Shown here piece after piece: positions 8,900 through 17,763 of a DNA stretch of 25,227 bases. The stretch spans positions 1 to 25,227 of the forward strand of contig JAKJGA010000009.1 in assembly GCA_022704645.1 (NCBI GenBank), read 5' to 3'. The DNA is from Spirochaetota bacterium. GTDB taxonomy: Bacteria > Spirochaetota > UBA4802 > JAFGJZ01. Within the stretch, counting starts at the first letter, position 1. Every line of letters begins with the position of its first letter. Below the pieces are notes generated by a model that saw nothing but the letters and a program-made list of their open reading frames with translations, did no database searches and was not told where the DNA came from. The translations under genes and the position numbers were made by a program.

Positions 8900-9910
8900 A
8901 TGGGATTATTTGATAAATTCACAGATGTTAAAGGTCAGCTACGTTCCGTCATTCAGTGGGAAGATCCGGATCCGAGTTCAATCTTCTACCGCTGGAGCGG
9001 AAACAATGATGAAATTAAAAATGCTTCAAAACTGATTGTAGGTCCCGGTCAGGGCTGTATTTTTGTTTATCAGGGTAAGGTTGAAGGCGTTTTTGATGAA
9101 GAAGGTCTTTATGAACTCAAAACGGCAAATATTCCTTTCTGGACGAATCTGAAGAAGTTTCTTCAGGCGTTTGAAAGTGAACATAAAGTCGGATTATATT
9201 TCTACAGAAAAACCGTTTTTCTTGATCAGAAATGGGGAACGCCTTCTGTAATTAAGTATAATGACCCTGTTTACAAGTTTCCGGTAGGGCTTCGCGCGAG
9301 AGGAAACTACTCATTTAAAGTAACTGATCCTAAACTCTTTTTTGTAAGTGTTGTAGGCGGAAGCGACGATTTTTATGCTGATGATATCAGACCTGTTATT
9401 TCAGCGCGTCTTTCTCAGCCGATTGTAGACTATTTTGCTGAAAGCGGTCTCAGTTATGGTGAGATTGATAAAAAACGTGAAGAAATTTCTGCCGGCGTCA
9501 AAGAAAACTTAAAGAAAGAATTCTCGGTTCTCGGTTTCGAACTTGCTGATTTCAGAATTGAAGGGACAGATTTTGATGAAGATACAATGCGCAGAATCGG
9601 ACGCATTGCTGACATGCAGGCGGAAGCTCAGGCGGCAAATGCCGCGGGCGTAAGTTTCGCACAGCTTCAGCAGCTTGATGCTATGAAAACCGCAGCCGGA
9701 AACGACGGTGCTCCGGGAATGATGATGGGAATGGGCGTCGGAATGGGTTTCGGACAAAATATGGCCGGAGTTGCGGCCGGGGCAGGTCAGGCTGCATCAC
9801 AGGATGATCCGATGCTGAAACTGAAAAAGCTCAAAGATATGCTTGATGCCGGTCTCATTTCTCCTCAGGATTTTGAAGAAAAGAAAAAGGCGATTTTGAG
9901 CACAATGTGA
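8900..9910 (+). CDS. SPFH (band-7-like) domain protein with a Gly/Met-rich linker and a C-terminal SHOCT domain
   Basis: Start MGLFDKF with GGAGG 4-5 nt upstream. SPFH-like core. Low-complexity GAPGMMMGMGVGMGFGQNMAGVAAGAGQ. The C-terminal LKKLKDMLDAGLISPQDFEEKKKAIL matches the SHOCT pattern. Confidence 0.7.
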   Translation: MGLFDKFTDVKGQLRSVIQWEDPDPSSIFYRWSGNNDEIKNASKLIVGPGQGCIFVYQGKVEGVFDEEGLYELKTANIPFWTNLKKFLQAFESEHKVGLYFYRKTVFLDQKWGTPSVIKYNDPVYKFPVGLRARGNYSFKVTDPKLFFVSVVGGSDDFYADDIRPVISARLSQPIVDYFAESGLSYGEIDKKREEISAGVKENLKKEFSVLGFELADFRIEGTDFDEDTMRRIGRIADMQAEAQAANAAGVSFAQLQQLDAMKTAAGNDGAPGMMMGMGVGMGFGQNMAGVAAGAGQAASQDDPMLKLKKLKDMLDAGLISPQDFEEKKKAILSTM

Positions 9911-9917
9911 TTTTACA

Positions 9918-9946
9918 GGAAACCGCTTAGGCGGTTTCCATTTTTT
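9918..9946 (+). terminator. Rho-independent terminator
   Basis: GGAAACCGC-TTAG-GCGGTTTCC perfect 9-bp stem followed by ATTTTTT, 8 nt after the stop at 9910. Confidence 0.75.
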
Positions 9947-9994
9947 AAGCCAAATATTTATTGCCAGCCGAAACGTGTACTTTCTTTTGACTTT

Positions 9995-10723
9995 ATGGAA
10001 TATTCAGAAAAAAAACTCATCAGGGATATCCGCAAACAGGCGGGAAAAACTATCTTCAAATATCAAATGATTGATCCAAACGATCATGTCCTTGCAGGGC
10101 TTTCAGGCGGAAAAGATTCTCTCGCGATGATAGATATTCTTGCCGAAAAAATGCGGAGAATCCCCGTAAAATTTAAAACAACTGCCGCATACATCGAACT
10201 TGCCGGAATACCAAACAAAATAGATCCTTTGCGTTTAAAGGAATTCTGTGATGAACGTTCTATCGGATTTATTCACCGTATGGCGGAAATTGATCTGACG
10301 CGTGATGAAGCAAAGGACAGATGCTATGTCTGCGCTCTTCACAGAAGAAATTCGCTTTTCAAACTTGCGCGCGAATTGAACTGCGCAAAATTGGCCTTAG
10401 GGCACAATCTGGATGATATGATTTCAACACTTTTAATGAATATGAGTTTTCACGGAAATATATCAACCATGCCGGCGAATGTTTCTCTTTTCGGAGGCGA
10501 ACTTCGCATAATAAGACCGCTTGCCGAAATTGAAGAAGAAGACATAGCAAAATATGCCGAACTTCTTGACCTAGGAGTTCAGATAAGTCCTTGTCCGTTC
10601 AACGAAGGCGAGAACCGGCATTTTATAAAAAAGCTGATAAATGAACTGGCAGAGAAAAATCCGCATGCGAAGACTAATATTTACAGATCAATGGGAAGAA
10701 TTAAAACGGATTATTTGTCGTAA
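9995..10723 (+). CDS. ttcA: TtcA-family PP-loop ATPase (tRNA 2-thiocytidine synthetase-like)
   Basis: SGGKDS PP-loop, CxxC (CYVCALH) and a later conserved Cys (SPCPF), which is the typical TtcA layout. Confidence 0.7.
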   Translation: MEYSEKKLIRDIRKQAGKTIFKYQMIDPNDHVLAGLSGGKDSLAMIDILAEKMRRIPVKFKTTAAYIELAGIPNKIDPLRLKEFCDERSIGFIHRMAEIDLTRDEAKDRCYVCALHRRNSLFKLARELNCAKLALGHNLDDMISTLLMNMSFHGNISTMPANVSLFGGELRIIRPLAEIEEEDIAKYAELLDLGVQISPCPFNEGENRHFIKKLINELAEKNPHAKTNIYRSMGRIKTDYLS

Positions 10724-10821
10724 TTCAGATTCCTGGGATAAATCAGCTGAATATAGTCAGAATATTATTCTTGACTCATGAGATTAAAGGACCATTAGTA
10801 TTGCTTCGTAGCGGAGATAAT

Positions 10822-11781
10822 ATGTTTAATAAGATAAAAAAAGTTTTTAAAAGAATTAGATCAAAAAAGAAGGGAAAAACCGTAAAATTCGGTCCTGTGT
10901 GCAGGTTTCTGATACAGAAAGGTGTTCCGCAGAAGGAAGTGTCATTTCTGAAAACATTAACAGAGTATGCTTTTTTGATTCTTCTTTTTCTTGCACTGCG
11001 GTCTTCGGTTTTCGGAAATTACAGAATTCCGACCGGATCGATGGAAACTACATTGAGAGTCGGAGATCATCTTTTTGCGAACAAGCTCGCATATAGTCTC
11101 AAAATTCCGTTTTCGACATCTCATTTGATTAGATGGCAGAAACCGCAGAGAGGAGAAATCATCTCTTTTAAATATCCCGGAAAAAACGTAATCGGGGCTG
11201 ATAAAAAAGACGAAGGATTTATTCCATTTATGAAATGGATATATAATGTTCCTGAATATACCAAAAGAATAGTCGGTGTTCCGGGTGATAAAATATCCAT
11301 GAAGAATAACAGACTTACAATAAACGGAAAACTTCTACCGCTTAAGTTTATCAAGAGAGAAGAAAATTTTGTTTATTATGAAGAAGATCTTCTTGGAATA
11401 AAACATCTGATAAGATTTGAAGATTATAGAGATCCGTTAAATCCGGAAAACGAATTTGCTCAATTGGAAGAAGCTAAAAACAAGAAAGATGATGATATGG
11501 GATATGAACTCATGACACGGGATGCTTTCAGAGAAATTACCATTCCGGAAGGATTTTATTTCGCAATGGGGGATAACCGCGACAATAGTTCGGACAGCCG
11601 TGAATGGGGTTTTCTTCCTATGGAAAACATAGACGGACGTCTCGGCTTCAGATGGATTCATATCGAAATGAACGATTTTATTACTGTTCCATTGATTGGA
11701 ACGCAGTTTCCGTGGTTCAGTGAAGTTTCATTTGAAGGCTTTGGTCTTGTCGGAAACGAAGGAAGCAAAGATATTAAATGA
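10822..11781 (+). CDS. lepB: Signal peptidase I
   Basis: SPase I boxes: GSMETTL (box B), KRIVGVPGD, and GDNRDNSSDSREWGF (box E). The start at ATG 10822 (MFNKIKK) has GGAGA 5 nt upstream; the longer ORF from 10771 has no SD. Confidence 0.8.
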   Translation: MFNKIKKVFKRIRSKKKGKTVKFGPVCRFLIQKGVPQKEVSFLKTLTEYAFLILLFLALRSSVFGNYRIPTGSMETTLRVGDHLFANKLAYSLKIPFSTSHLIRWQKPQRGEIISFKYPGKNVIGADKKDEGFIPFMKWIYNVPEYTKRIVGVPGDKISMKNNRLTINGKLLPLKFIKREENFVYYEEDLLGIKHLIRFEDYRDPLNPENEFAQLEEAKNKKDDDMGYELMTRDAFREITIPEGFYFAMGDNRDNSSDSREWGFLPMENIDGRLGFRWIHIEMNDFITVPLIGTQFPWFSEVSFEGFGLVGNEGSKDIK

Positions 11782-12293
11782 TTTATAAGTTTGAAGAAAA
11801 ACTTCCTGAGATAGAAGAGGGAGTTTTTCTTGCTGATGGAAGCCGCGTGATAGGAAATGTCGCCATTGGAAAAGATTCGTCTGTGTGGCATAATTCCGTT
11901 ATACGCGGCGACATCAACAGAATAGAAATAGGCAGCGGAAGCAACATTCAGGAACTTACGACTATTCATGTGAACACCAGAAATGAAGGTACATTTATCG
12001 GAAGCAATACGACTGTCGGTCATAATGTAATCATTCACGGATGTGTCATCGGAAATAATTGCCTGATAGGAATGGGATCAATAATACTTGATTGTTCTGA
12101 AATTTCAGACCATTCGCTGGTTGCAGCAGGTTCAATAGTTACGCCGGATAAAAAATTTCCGCCGCGTTCCTTTATAATAGGTTCTCCCGCGCGGGTAATC
12201 AGAAGTCTGACTGATGAGGAAGTATTCTCAATAACCGATTCTGCCCGAAAATATGTTGATTTAAAAAATAAATACCTTAACAATTCTTTATAA
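11778..12293 (+). CDS. Gamma-class carbonic anhydrase / left-handed beta-helix (hexapeptide-repeat) protein
   Basis: Hexapeptide repeats (VIGNVAIGKDSSVWHNSVIRGD...) and overall YrdA/PaaY-like length. The ATGA overlap with lepB implies co-transcription. Confidence 0.8.
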   Translation: MIYKFEEKLPEIEEGVFLADGSRVIGNVAIGKDSSVWHNSVIRGDINRIEIGSGSNIQELTTIHVNTRNEGTFIGSNTTVGHNVIIHGCVIGNNCLIGMGSIILDCSEISDHSLVAAGSIVTPDKKFPPRSFIIGSPARVIRSLTDEEVFSITDSARKYVDLKNKYLNNSL

Positions 12294-12333
12294 TAAGGCG
12301 CAAATTCTGCCGAAAATACGGTATCCGGATAAC

Positions 12334-13443
12334 ATGAAAAAAACAGCAGTATTAATATTATTACTTTTCCCGTTTGTGATTTTGCCAAGTGTAAAATCTG
12401 TTTCAAATAAAATAAAGGAAGAAGTTATTCCTTTCCGCGAGGTATGGGGATATCTTATGCGCGGCGAAGAGAAGATGCTTAAAGGCGGAGAGCCTTTTTC
12501 CGACATAGGTTATTTCAGCCTTTGGGTGAAAGCAGACGGAACTCTTTCTGAAAAAACACCTCGTCCGAGAATAGATCTTAGAAAGGGATTTCCCCGCGTG
12601 CATATAGTAATTTCCGAACTTACCGGAAGCTCTCTAACTAAAGACATTCTTGAAAAAGATTCTGAAAAAAGGGCAAATCTTCTTAACTCGATTATATCTG
12701 CATCGGAAGATTTTGACGGAGTTCAGATCGATTTTGAACATGTATCTTCAGCGCAGAAAGATGATTTCATTTCATTTCTTTCTGATTTGAAAAAAATGCT
12801 TTCGAAAGAAAAAATACTGAGTGTTGCCCTGCCGGCAAAGAGAAGCTCTTCGCCTGATGATGCTTATGATTATTCATTAATATCAAACATTGCCGATAGA
12901 ATCATAATCATGGCGTATGATGAACACTGGAGCAGAAGCAAGCCCGGACCTGTAGCATCATACGAATGGTGCGCAAAAGTCGCGGAATATTCTGCGTCGA
13001 TTATACCTAAAGAAAAACTGATTATGGGACTTCCTCTTTACGGGCGTGAATGGTCGAAGAGAGCGAGCCGCTCGGTACGTTATAAAGAGACACGCGCATT
13101 AGCATCAAAAAAGCGGACAAAGGTTTACAACAGCCGTAATCCGTTTCTCGTCTACAAAATCGGAAAATCGCGTAAAGTTATTTATTTTGACAATGAATTC
13201 TCTTTATCGGAAAAACTTAAGCTATACAGAAGAAAAGAAATCCGCAATGTGTCATTCTGGAGAATAGGTCAGGGTCCGCATGAGATATGGGGAAGATTGA
13301 ATTCAGATGGTCTCATAGACGCGGAAACAGTTTCCCGCGCAATGAAAACGGCATCTTTTTTCAGAAGAAGCGTTTTTTCCGAAAAGAAAAAGATTTCTGA
13401 TGTCAGTTCGGCTCTTTCCGGAAAAAATTCCGAGAGAAAATAA
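12334..13443 (+). CDS. Secreted glycoside-hydrolase family 18-like protein (YaaH/YdhD-like; catalytic motif partly degenerate)
   Basis: Signal peptide. GH18 signature region DGVQIDFEH (the D-x-E is retained, the middle Asp is replaced by Gln), plus IIIMAYDEHW and LIMGLPLYGREW. Confidence 0.6.
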   Translation: MKKTAVLILLLFPFVILPSVKSVSNKIKEEVIPFREVWGYLMRGEEKMLKGGEPFSDIGYFSLWVKADGTLSEKTPRPRIDLRKGFPRVHIVISELTGSSLTKDILEKDSEKRANLLNSIISASEDFDGVQIDFEHVSSAQKDDFISFLSDLKKMLSKEKILSVALPAKRSSSPDDAYDYSLISNIADRIIIMAYDEHWSRSKPGPVASYEWCAKVAEYSASIIPKEKLIMGLPLYGREWSKRASRSVRYKETRALASKKRTKVYNSRNPFLVYKIGKSRKVIYFDNEFSLSEKLKLYRRKEIRNVSFWRIGQGPHEIWGRLNSDGLIDAETVSRAMKTASFFRRSVFSEKKKISDVSSALSGKNSERK

Positions 13444-13746
13444 TTATATTTCGTAATCGGTTACGATTCTGTCAGTTCTCGCTTCGAGAATAAAAGGCAT
13501 AACAGCCTTGTGCTCGGGGTGAGCCTGATAGTTATCCAGCGCCTGCTTTGATTCAAATTCCGAATAAAGGCAGATGTCATAACTGCTCTCAGTGTTTGAA
13601 AAATCAAAACCGACTTCAATTTTGATGAGTCCTTCAATTCGGCCGGCAAGTGCTTCGAGTTTTTCTTTTATCAGCTTCTTATTTTCTTCTTTGCTGTTGC
13701 CGCACGAATTTTCTTTTAAGCGCCACATTACTATGTGTTTTACCAT
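13444..13746 (-). CDS. Dabb-family stress-responsive alpha/beta-barrel protein
   Basis: 100 aa. MVKHIVMWRLKE... is the typical Dabb N-terminus. Its stop codon directly abuts the stop of the convergent GH18 gene. Confidence 0.7.
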   Translation of the reverse strand: MVKHIVMWRLKENSCGNSKEENKKLIKEKLEALAGRIEGLIKIEVGFDFSNTESSYDICLYSEFESKQALDNYQAHPEHKAVMPFILEARTDRIVTDYEI

Positions 13747-13755
13747 TTTGTTGTC

Positions 13756-15483
13756 CTAATAATTTATTATTTTTGCCTGACGAACGGGGAGAACGTAGTA
13801 GCTAAGAGAATCTTTATATCCATATGAAATAAACTGAGCATTAAAATTAAGAGCATATGCCTCTACTTCACTGAAGGATGTTGAAGTCCATAGCGGTGTA
13901 CTATTGAGGTTAATATACGAATTGAGCCAATCAAGACTATCAGAAGAGTAATTAGTTAAAGTTTCAATTTCATTCACGTTCGGAATAAACCAGTCTGAAA
14001 AACCATATTGATTTTTTGTATCTACTGTAGTTAAAGATGAATTCCATAAATTTTCAGATTCTGCAGGTACAAAAAAGGAAGAAGGATACCACATGAGAGA
14101 GGTCATATTATCAACTATGGGACTGTTTTCATTTTCATTATATTTATAAAAACGAGTAGTCGGCCATACGACACCTCTATGTAAATTTCCGTCATCACCA
14201 AGTATATAAGGATCAGTTTGTTTTTGTCCTGTTGCCGGTAAAACTTGAGAATTTCCTCCGACTATAAATAAATATTTTTCAACTGTTATATCATCTATTA
14301 TATTAGACCGGTTGTTTTTTGTTTCAAAAGAGAAAGCTTTATTAGTCTCTCCCGTAAAAATTGTAGATGACCAATATTCATAGTTTATATTGAAGTTATC
14401 TAAAACACCGTTAAGATAATTGTTGCCGTTTTTACAATAATTTGCAAGACTTCTAATCTCGCGAATATTTGGAAGGCGCCATTCATATAAAGAACTTCCT
14501 AATTGAGGGATTCCAAAAACTTTTGACACAGCATCTTCATAACTATATGGATCTCTCAAAATTATAGAATTGTCAGTAGTTTGATTCAGCCAAACTAATC
14601 CAGTTAAATGATCTTCGATATAGTTTTGTTCTTTTTCAATACCTGCATCTATTAAAATTGTTGATCTTCTGTTAAACCTTGGATTAGGCCAGCTGACGCC
14701 TCTTTGTGTCGCAGCATCTTCAAATTCATTCATACCGTCATATTTTTCTGCGCCGGTTTTAAAGATCGGTATCGCACGGTACATGTTTACAGTATACTTT
14801 TTAGTTGTTGTTTTATCGGCGGCAGTTACTATGATAGTCACCTTATTAGGCCCCACTTCTATCTCCGGAAAAACATGCTCAGTGGCATTTTCTACGGAAA
14901 CTTTTCCGTTACTTTCTAATTCCATCTTCATGGTTGCTATCAGTATTTCGGGATCTGCTATAAGCGAATTGGATTGTTTGTCATTATACGCGGGATTTGC
15001 GGAATCAGAAAAAGGAATCGGGGCGTCGAGATAATCCTTTATGGAATCATTTAGTGCAGGCTGAAGCTTTCCCTTTTTTACTCTGAGAACGGAGAGATTT
15101 GCATTTTTCATTCCGGCTGCGTCAAGAACTGTTACCGAAACAGTATATTGTTCTGTCGTTCCGTCTGTGGCGGTTACTGTATATGTTACTGGATTGGAGA
15201 AATCCTGAGCTGTTTCGGATTCGGGAGAAATTGCGGCACCATTATGAGTTATAACAGGTGCTAGTGACGTAGCAGATGTTCCAAGCGGAAGAACTGATTT
15301 AACTGTAGTGCCGGTTATTCTTGCCTTATATCCGTTTATGGTAAAAGAAGTAATCTGTTTGTCAGATGTAATTTTTGAGGATGTTACATTATCCCATAAG
15401 TCATTGCCGAAAGAAGTATCTGAGCATCCGCTGGCTGAAAAAAACAGCATAACGCTGATTGAAATAAAAAGTACGTTTTTCAT
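13756..15483 (-). CDS. Large surface lipoprotein with two DUF1566 (Lcl C-terminal-like) modules
   Basis: Lipoprotein signal (MKNVLFISISVMLFFSASGC). N-terminal Ig-like/beta-rich region. Two repeats carry the DUF1566 hallmark (YEWRLPNIREIRSLANY; SDWFIPNVNEIETLTNY). Confidence 0.6.
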   Translation of the reverse strand: MKNVLFISISVMLFFSASGCSDTSFGNDLWDNVTSSKITSDKQITSFTINGYKARITGTTVKSVLPLGTSATSLAPVITHNGAAISPESETAQDFSNPVTYTVTATDGTTEQYTVSVTVLDAAGMKNANLSVLRVKKGKLQPALNDSIKDYLDAPIPFSDSANPAYNDKQSNSLIADPEILIATMKMELESNGKVSVENATEHVFPEIEVGPNKVTIIVTAADKTTTKKYTVNMYRAIPIFKTGAEKYDGMNEFEDAATQRGVSWPNPRFNRRSTILIDAGIEKEQNYIEDHLTGLVWLNQTTDNSIILRDPYSYEDAVSKVFGIPQLGSSLYEWRLPNIREIRSLANYCKNGNNYLNGVLDNFNINYEYWSSTIFTGETNKAFSFETKNNRSNIIDDITVEKYLFIVGGNSQVLPATGQKQTDPYILGDDGNLHRGVVWPTTRFYKYNENENSPIVDNMTSLMWYPSSFFVPAESENLWNSSLTTVDTKNQYGFSDWFIPNVNEIETLTNYSSDSLDWLNSYINLNSTPLWTSTSFSEVEAYALNFNAQFISYGYKDSLSYYVLPVRQAKIINY

Positions 15484-15574
15484 GGTTCTTTAGTAACAGC
15501 AAAACTTTGAGTGTCAAGACATAATAGATTTAATTTGGTTTGACTATTAATGAAAAATGTAATTAATCTGTAAT

Positions 15575-17533
15575 ATGAAACGGCAACATAATATGAATTT
15601 ATCCAAAAAAGCGCTATTTACTCTTTTTTTGAGTTTATTCAGTGTTTTTTTGATTAAACTCTCAGCTCAAGAAAGTATCGGGCTTTCCTTGGAGGAAAGG
15701 GAATGGCTGAAAACACATCAAAAAATAACAGTTGTTCAGGATCCGGGATGGCCGCCTGTAGAATTTGCTGATGAAGAAGGAAGAAGCGCCGGAATAACCC
15801 ATGATTATCTGACTGTCATTGAATCCAGGCTTGGCATCAAATTTGAACGCATTTCGGGACTTTCTTGGCAGGAAGCTTATTCCCGCCTGAAAAAACACGA
15901 AATTGATATGACCACATCCGTAACGGTAACTCCCGAACGGCTTGAGTTCTGGGAATTTACAAAGCCTTACATGAAAATTCCGATTGTTATTGTTACTCAT
16001 TCTGATGTGACCTATATTTCTTCTTTAAAGGAGCTTGAAGGCAAAGATGTAGCTGTGGTTGACGGATACGCAATGGGAGAATGGATTGCAAAAGATATTC
16101 CGAAGATTAATCTTGTTAAAGTAAACAGTGCCGAAGAAGGTCTGATCGCTTTAAGTGAAGGAAAAGCTTTTGCTTTTATCGATAACATGCTTGTTACCGG
16201 ATATTATATGGCAAAGCTCAAAATTCATAATTTGAAAATTGCCGGTGAAGCTCCGTATATAAATGCCCAGGCTATGGCAGTCAGAAATGATTGGCCGATA
16301 CTTGCACGGATACTTGAAAAAGCACTGGATTCGATTACGGAAGAAGAAAGAAATGCTATTTATTATAAATGGGTTCCTATAAGATATGAGCATAAGTTTG
16401 ATTACAGTCTTGTCTTGAAAATATTTCTTTCCGCCGCGCTAGTTTGTTTTGTTTTGTTTATGTGGATAATAAAGCTTCGCAAAGAAATCAGTCTCAGAAA
16501 AAAGACTGAAGAAGCTCTTCGTGAATCAGAATTCAAACTGCGATCGCATATAAAAAATACTCCCACCGGAGTTATACAATGGGATGATAATTTTATTATT
16601 TCTGAATTTAATCCGGCAGCTGAGAAAATATTCGGTTATACAGAAGAAGACGTAAAGGGGCGGAATGCCGGATTTTTGATGACTGAAACATCCTCTGTTC
16701 ATTTTTCAGAAATACAGAAGATGATTGCGGATAAAAAAGAAAGCGTTTATACAATTATTGAAAACTCGCGCAAAGACGGAAAGATAATAGTTTGCGGATG
16801 GACCAATACCCCTATTGTTTCAGACGAAGGAAAGCTTCTTTCTATAGTATCTTTGTGTAAGGATATTACTTCCGCGATCGAAGATAGAGAAGCTTTGGCT
16901 GCGTCTGTGAACGAAAAAGAAACTCTGATAAGAGAGCTTTATCATAGAACAAAAAACAACATGCAGATAATTTCTTCATTTATACAGATGCAATCACGCA
17001 AAATCGGAGACGAAAAAGTTTCCGCTTTCGCGAAGAACATCGTATCTAAAATACAGACTATGTCGCTTGTCCATGAGAAACTTTATCAGTCAAAAAATCT
17101 TTCAAAAATAAATTTTAAAGAATATATTGAAGAGCTGATTTCTCTGATTGCAAATTATAACTCCGCTGCAAATAACAATATCGCTGTTGTTTTTGAAATT
17201 GCCGATACAGAAATTTCGATTGATTCGGCTATTCCGCTCGGACTTGTAATCAATGAAATTATAACAAATTCCTTCAAGCATGCTTTTTTGCCTGGAGCAA
17301 AAGGGCGTATAACAGTTTCATTAAAAAAAGAAAAAGACGGTTCACTGATTCTTATAATATCCGATGACGGAAAAGGTCTTTCCAAAGATTTCGATGTCCG
17401 TGAGACTGCTTCTCTCGGAATGACTACGATTTTCAGTATTATAGAAAAACAGATGCAGGGAAGTGTTGATATCATCTCGGAGAACGGTCTGACTTATATT
17501 CTGTCATTTAAAAACAAGAAGGCGGAGAAATAA
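15575..17533 (+). CDS. Sensor histidine kinase: periplasmic family-3 solute-binding domain, TM, PAS, HisKA_2 and HATPase
   Basis: Signal peptide. SBP_bac_3-like region. TM helix (IFLSAALVCFVLFMWII). PAS. H-box ELYHRTKNNMQIISSFIQMQ (HisKA_2/HWE-like). ATPase G-boxes (ISDDGKGL, SLGMT). No response regulator is nearby. Confidence 0.85.
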   Translation: MKRQHNMNLSKKALFTLFLSLFSVFLIKLSAQESIGLSLEEREWLKTHQKITVVQDPGWPPVEFADEEGRSAGITHDYLTVIESRLGIKFERISGLSWQEAYSRLKKHEIDMTTSVTVTPERLEFWEFTKPYMKIPIVIVTHSDVTYISSLKELEGKDVAVVDGYAMGEWIAKDIPKINLVKVNSAEEGLIALSEGKAFAFIDNMLVTGYYMAKLKIHNLKIAGEAPYINAQAMAVRNDWPILARILEKALDSITEEERNAIYYKWVPIRYEHKFDYSLVLKIFLSAALVCFVLFMWIIKLRKEISLRKKTEEALRESEFKLRSHIKNTPTGVIQWDDNFIISEFNPAAEKIFGYTEEDVKGRNAGFLMTETSSVHFSEIQKMIADKKESVYTIIENSRKDGKIIVCGWTNTPIVSDEGKLLSIVSLCKDITSAIEDREALAASVNEKETLIRELYHRTKNNMQIISSFIQMQSRKIGDEKVSAFAKNIVSKIQTMSLVHEKLYQSKNLSKINFKEYIEELISLIANYNSAANNNIAVVFEIADTEISIDSAIPLGLVINEIITNSFKHAFLPGAKGRITVSLKKEKDGSLILIISDDGKGLSKDFDVRETASLGMTTIFSIIEKQMQGSVDIISENGLTYILSFKNKKAEK

Positions 17534-17537
17534 TAAA

Positions 17538-17750
17538 TTGATTTCTGATCCAATGCAGTTTTTGAAAATAGGAACCTACCGAATGCCTTTCGGAAAATAT
17601 GAGGGTAGGCGGCTCATCGATATTCCCGAAGAATATTATATATGGTTTAAACAAAAAGGATTGCCCGAAGGAGAGCTCGGTCTGATGATGGCTGCAGCGT
17701 ATGAAATTAAACTTAACGGGCTCGAACATCTTTTTGACGAGTTCAAATAA
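17538..17750 (+). CDS. DUF3820-family small protein (putative quorum-sensing-regulated virulence factor family)
   Basis: MPFGKYEGRRLIDIPEEYYIWFKQKGLPEGELGLMMAAAYEIKLNGLE matches the DUF3820 pattern. The ORF begins at TTG 17538, 4 nt after the kinase stop; an internal ATG at 17553 is also possible. Confidence 0.6.
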   Translation: MISDPMQFLKIGTYRMPFGKYEGRRLIDIPEEYYIWFKQKGLPEGELGLMMAAAYEIKLNGLEHLFDEFK

Positions 17751-17763
17751 AAACGGGAATTAA

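Noticed and set aside
9709-9790. Apparent repeat in the DNA encoding the Gly/Met-rich segment
   Set aside because: This is low-complexity coding sequence (GMGxG codons) within the SPFH/SHOCT protein, not a structured DNA repeat or a CRISPR-like array.
13450-13466. Short palindrome TCGTAATCGGTTACGA
   Set aside because: It lies inside the Dabb coding sequence and has only a 6-bp stem, so it is most likely a chance occurrence.
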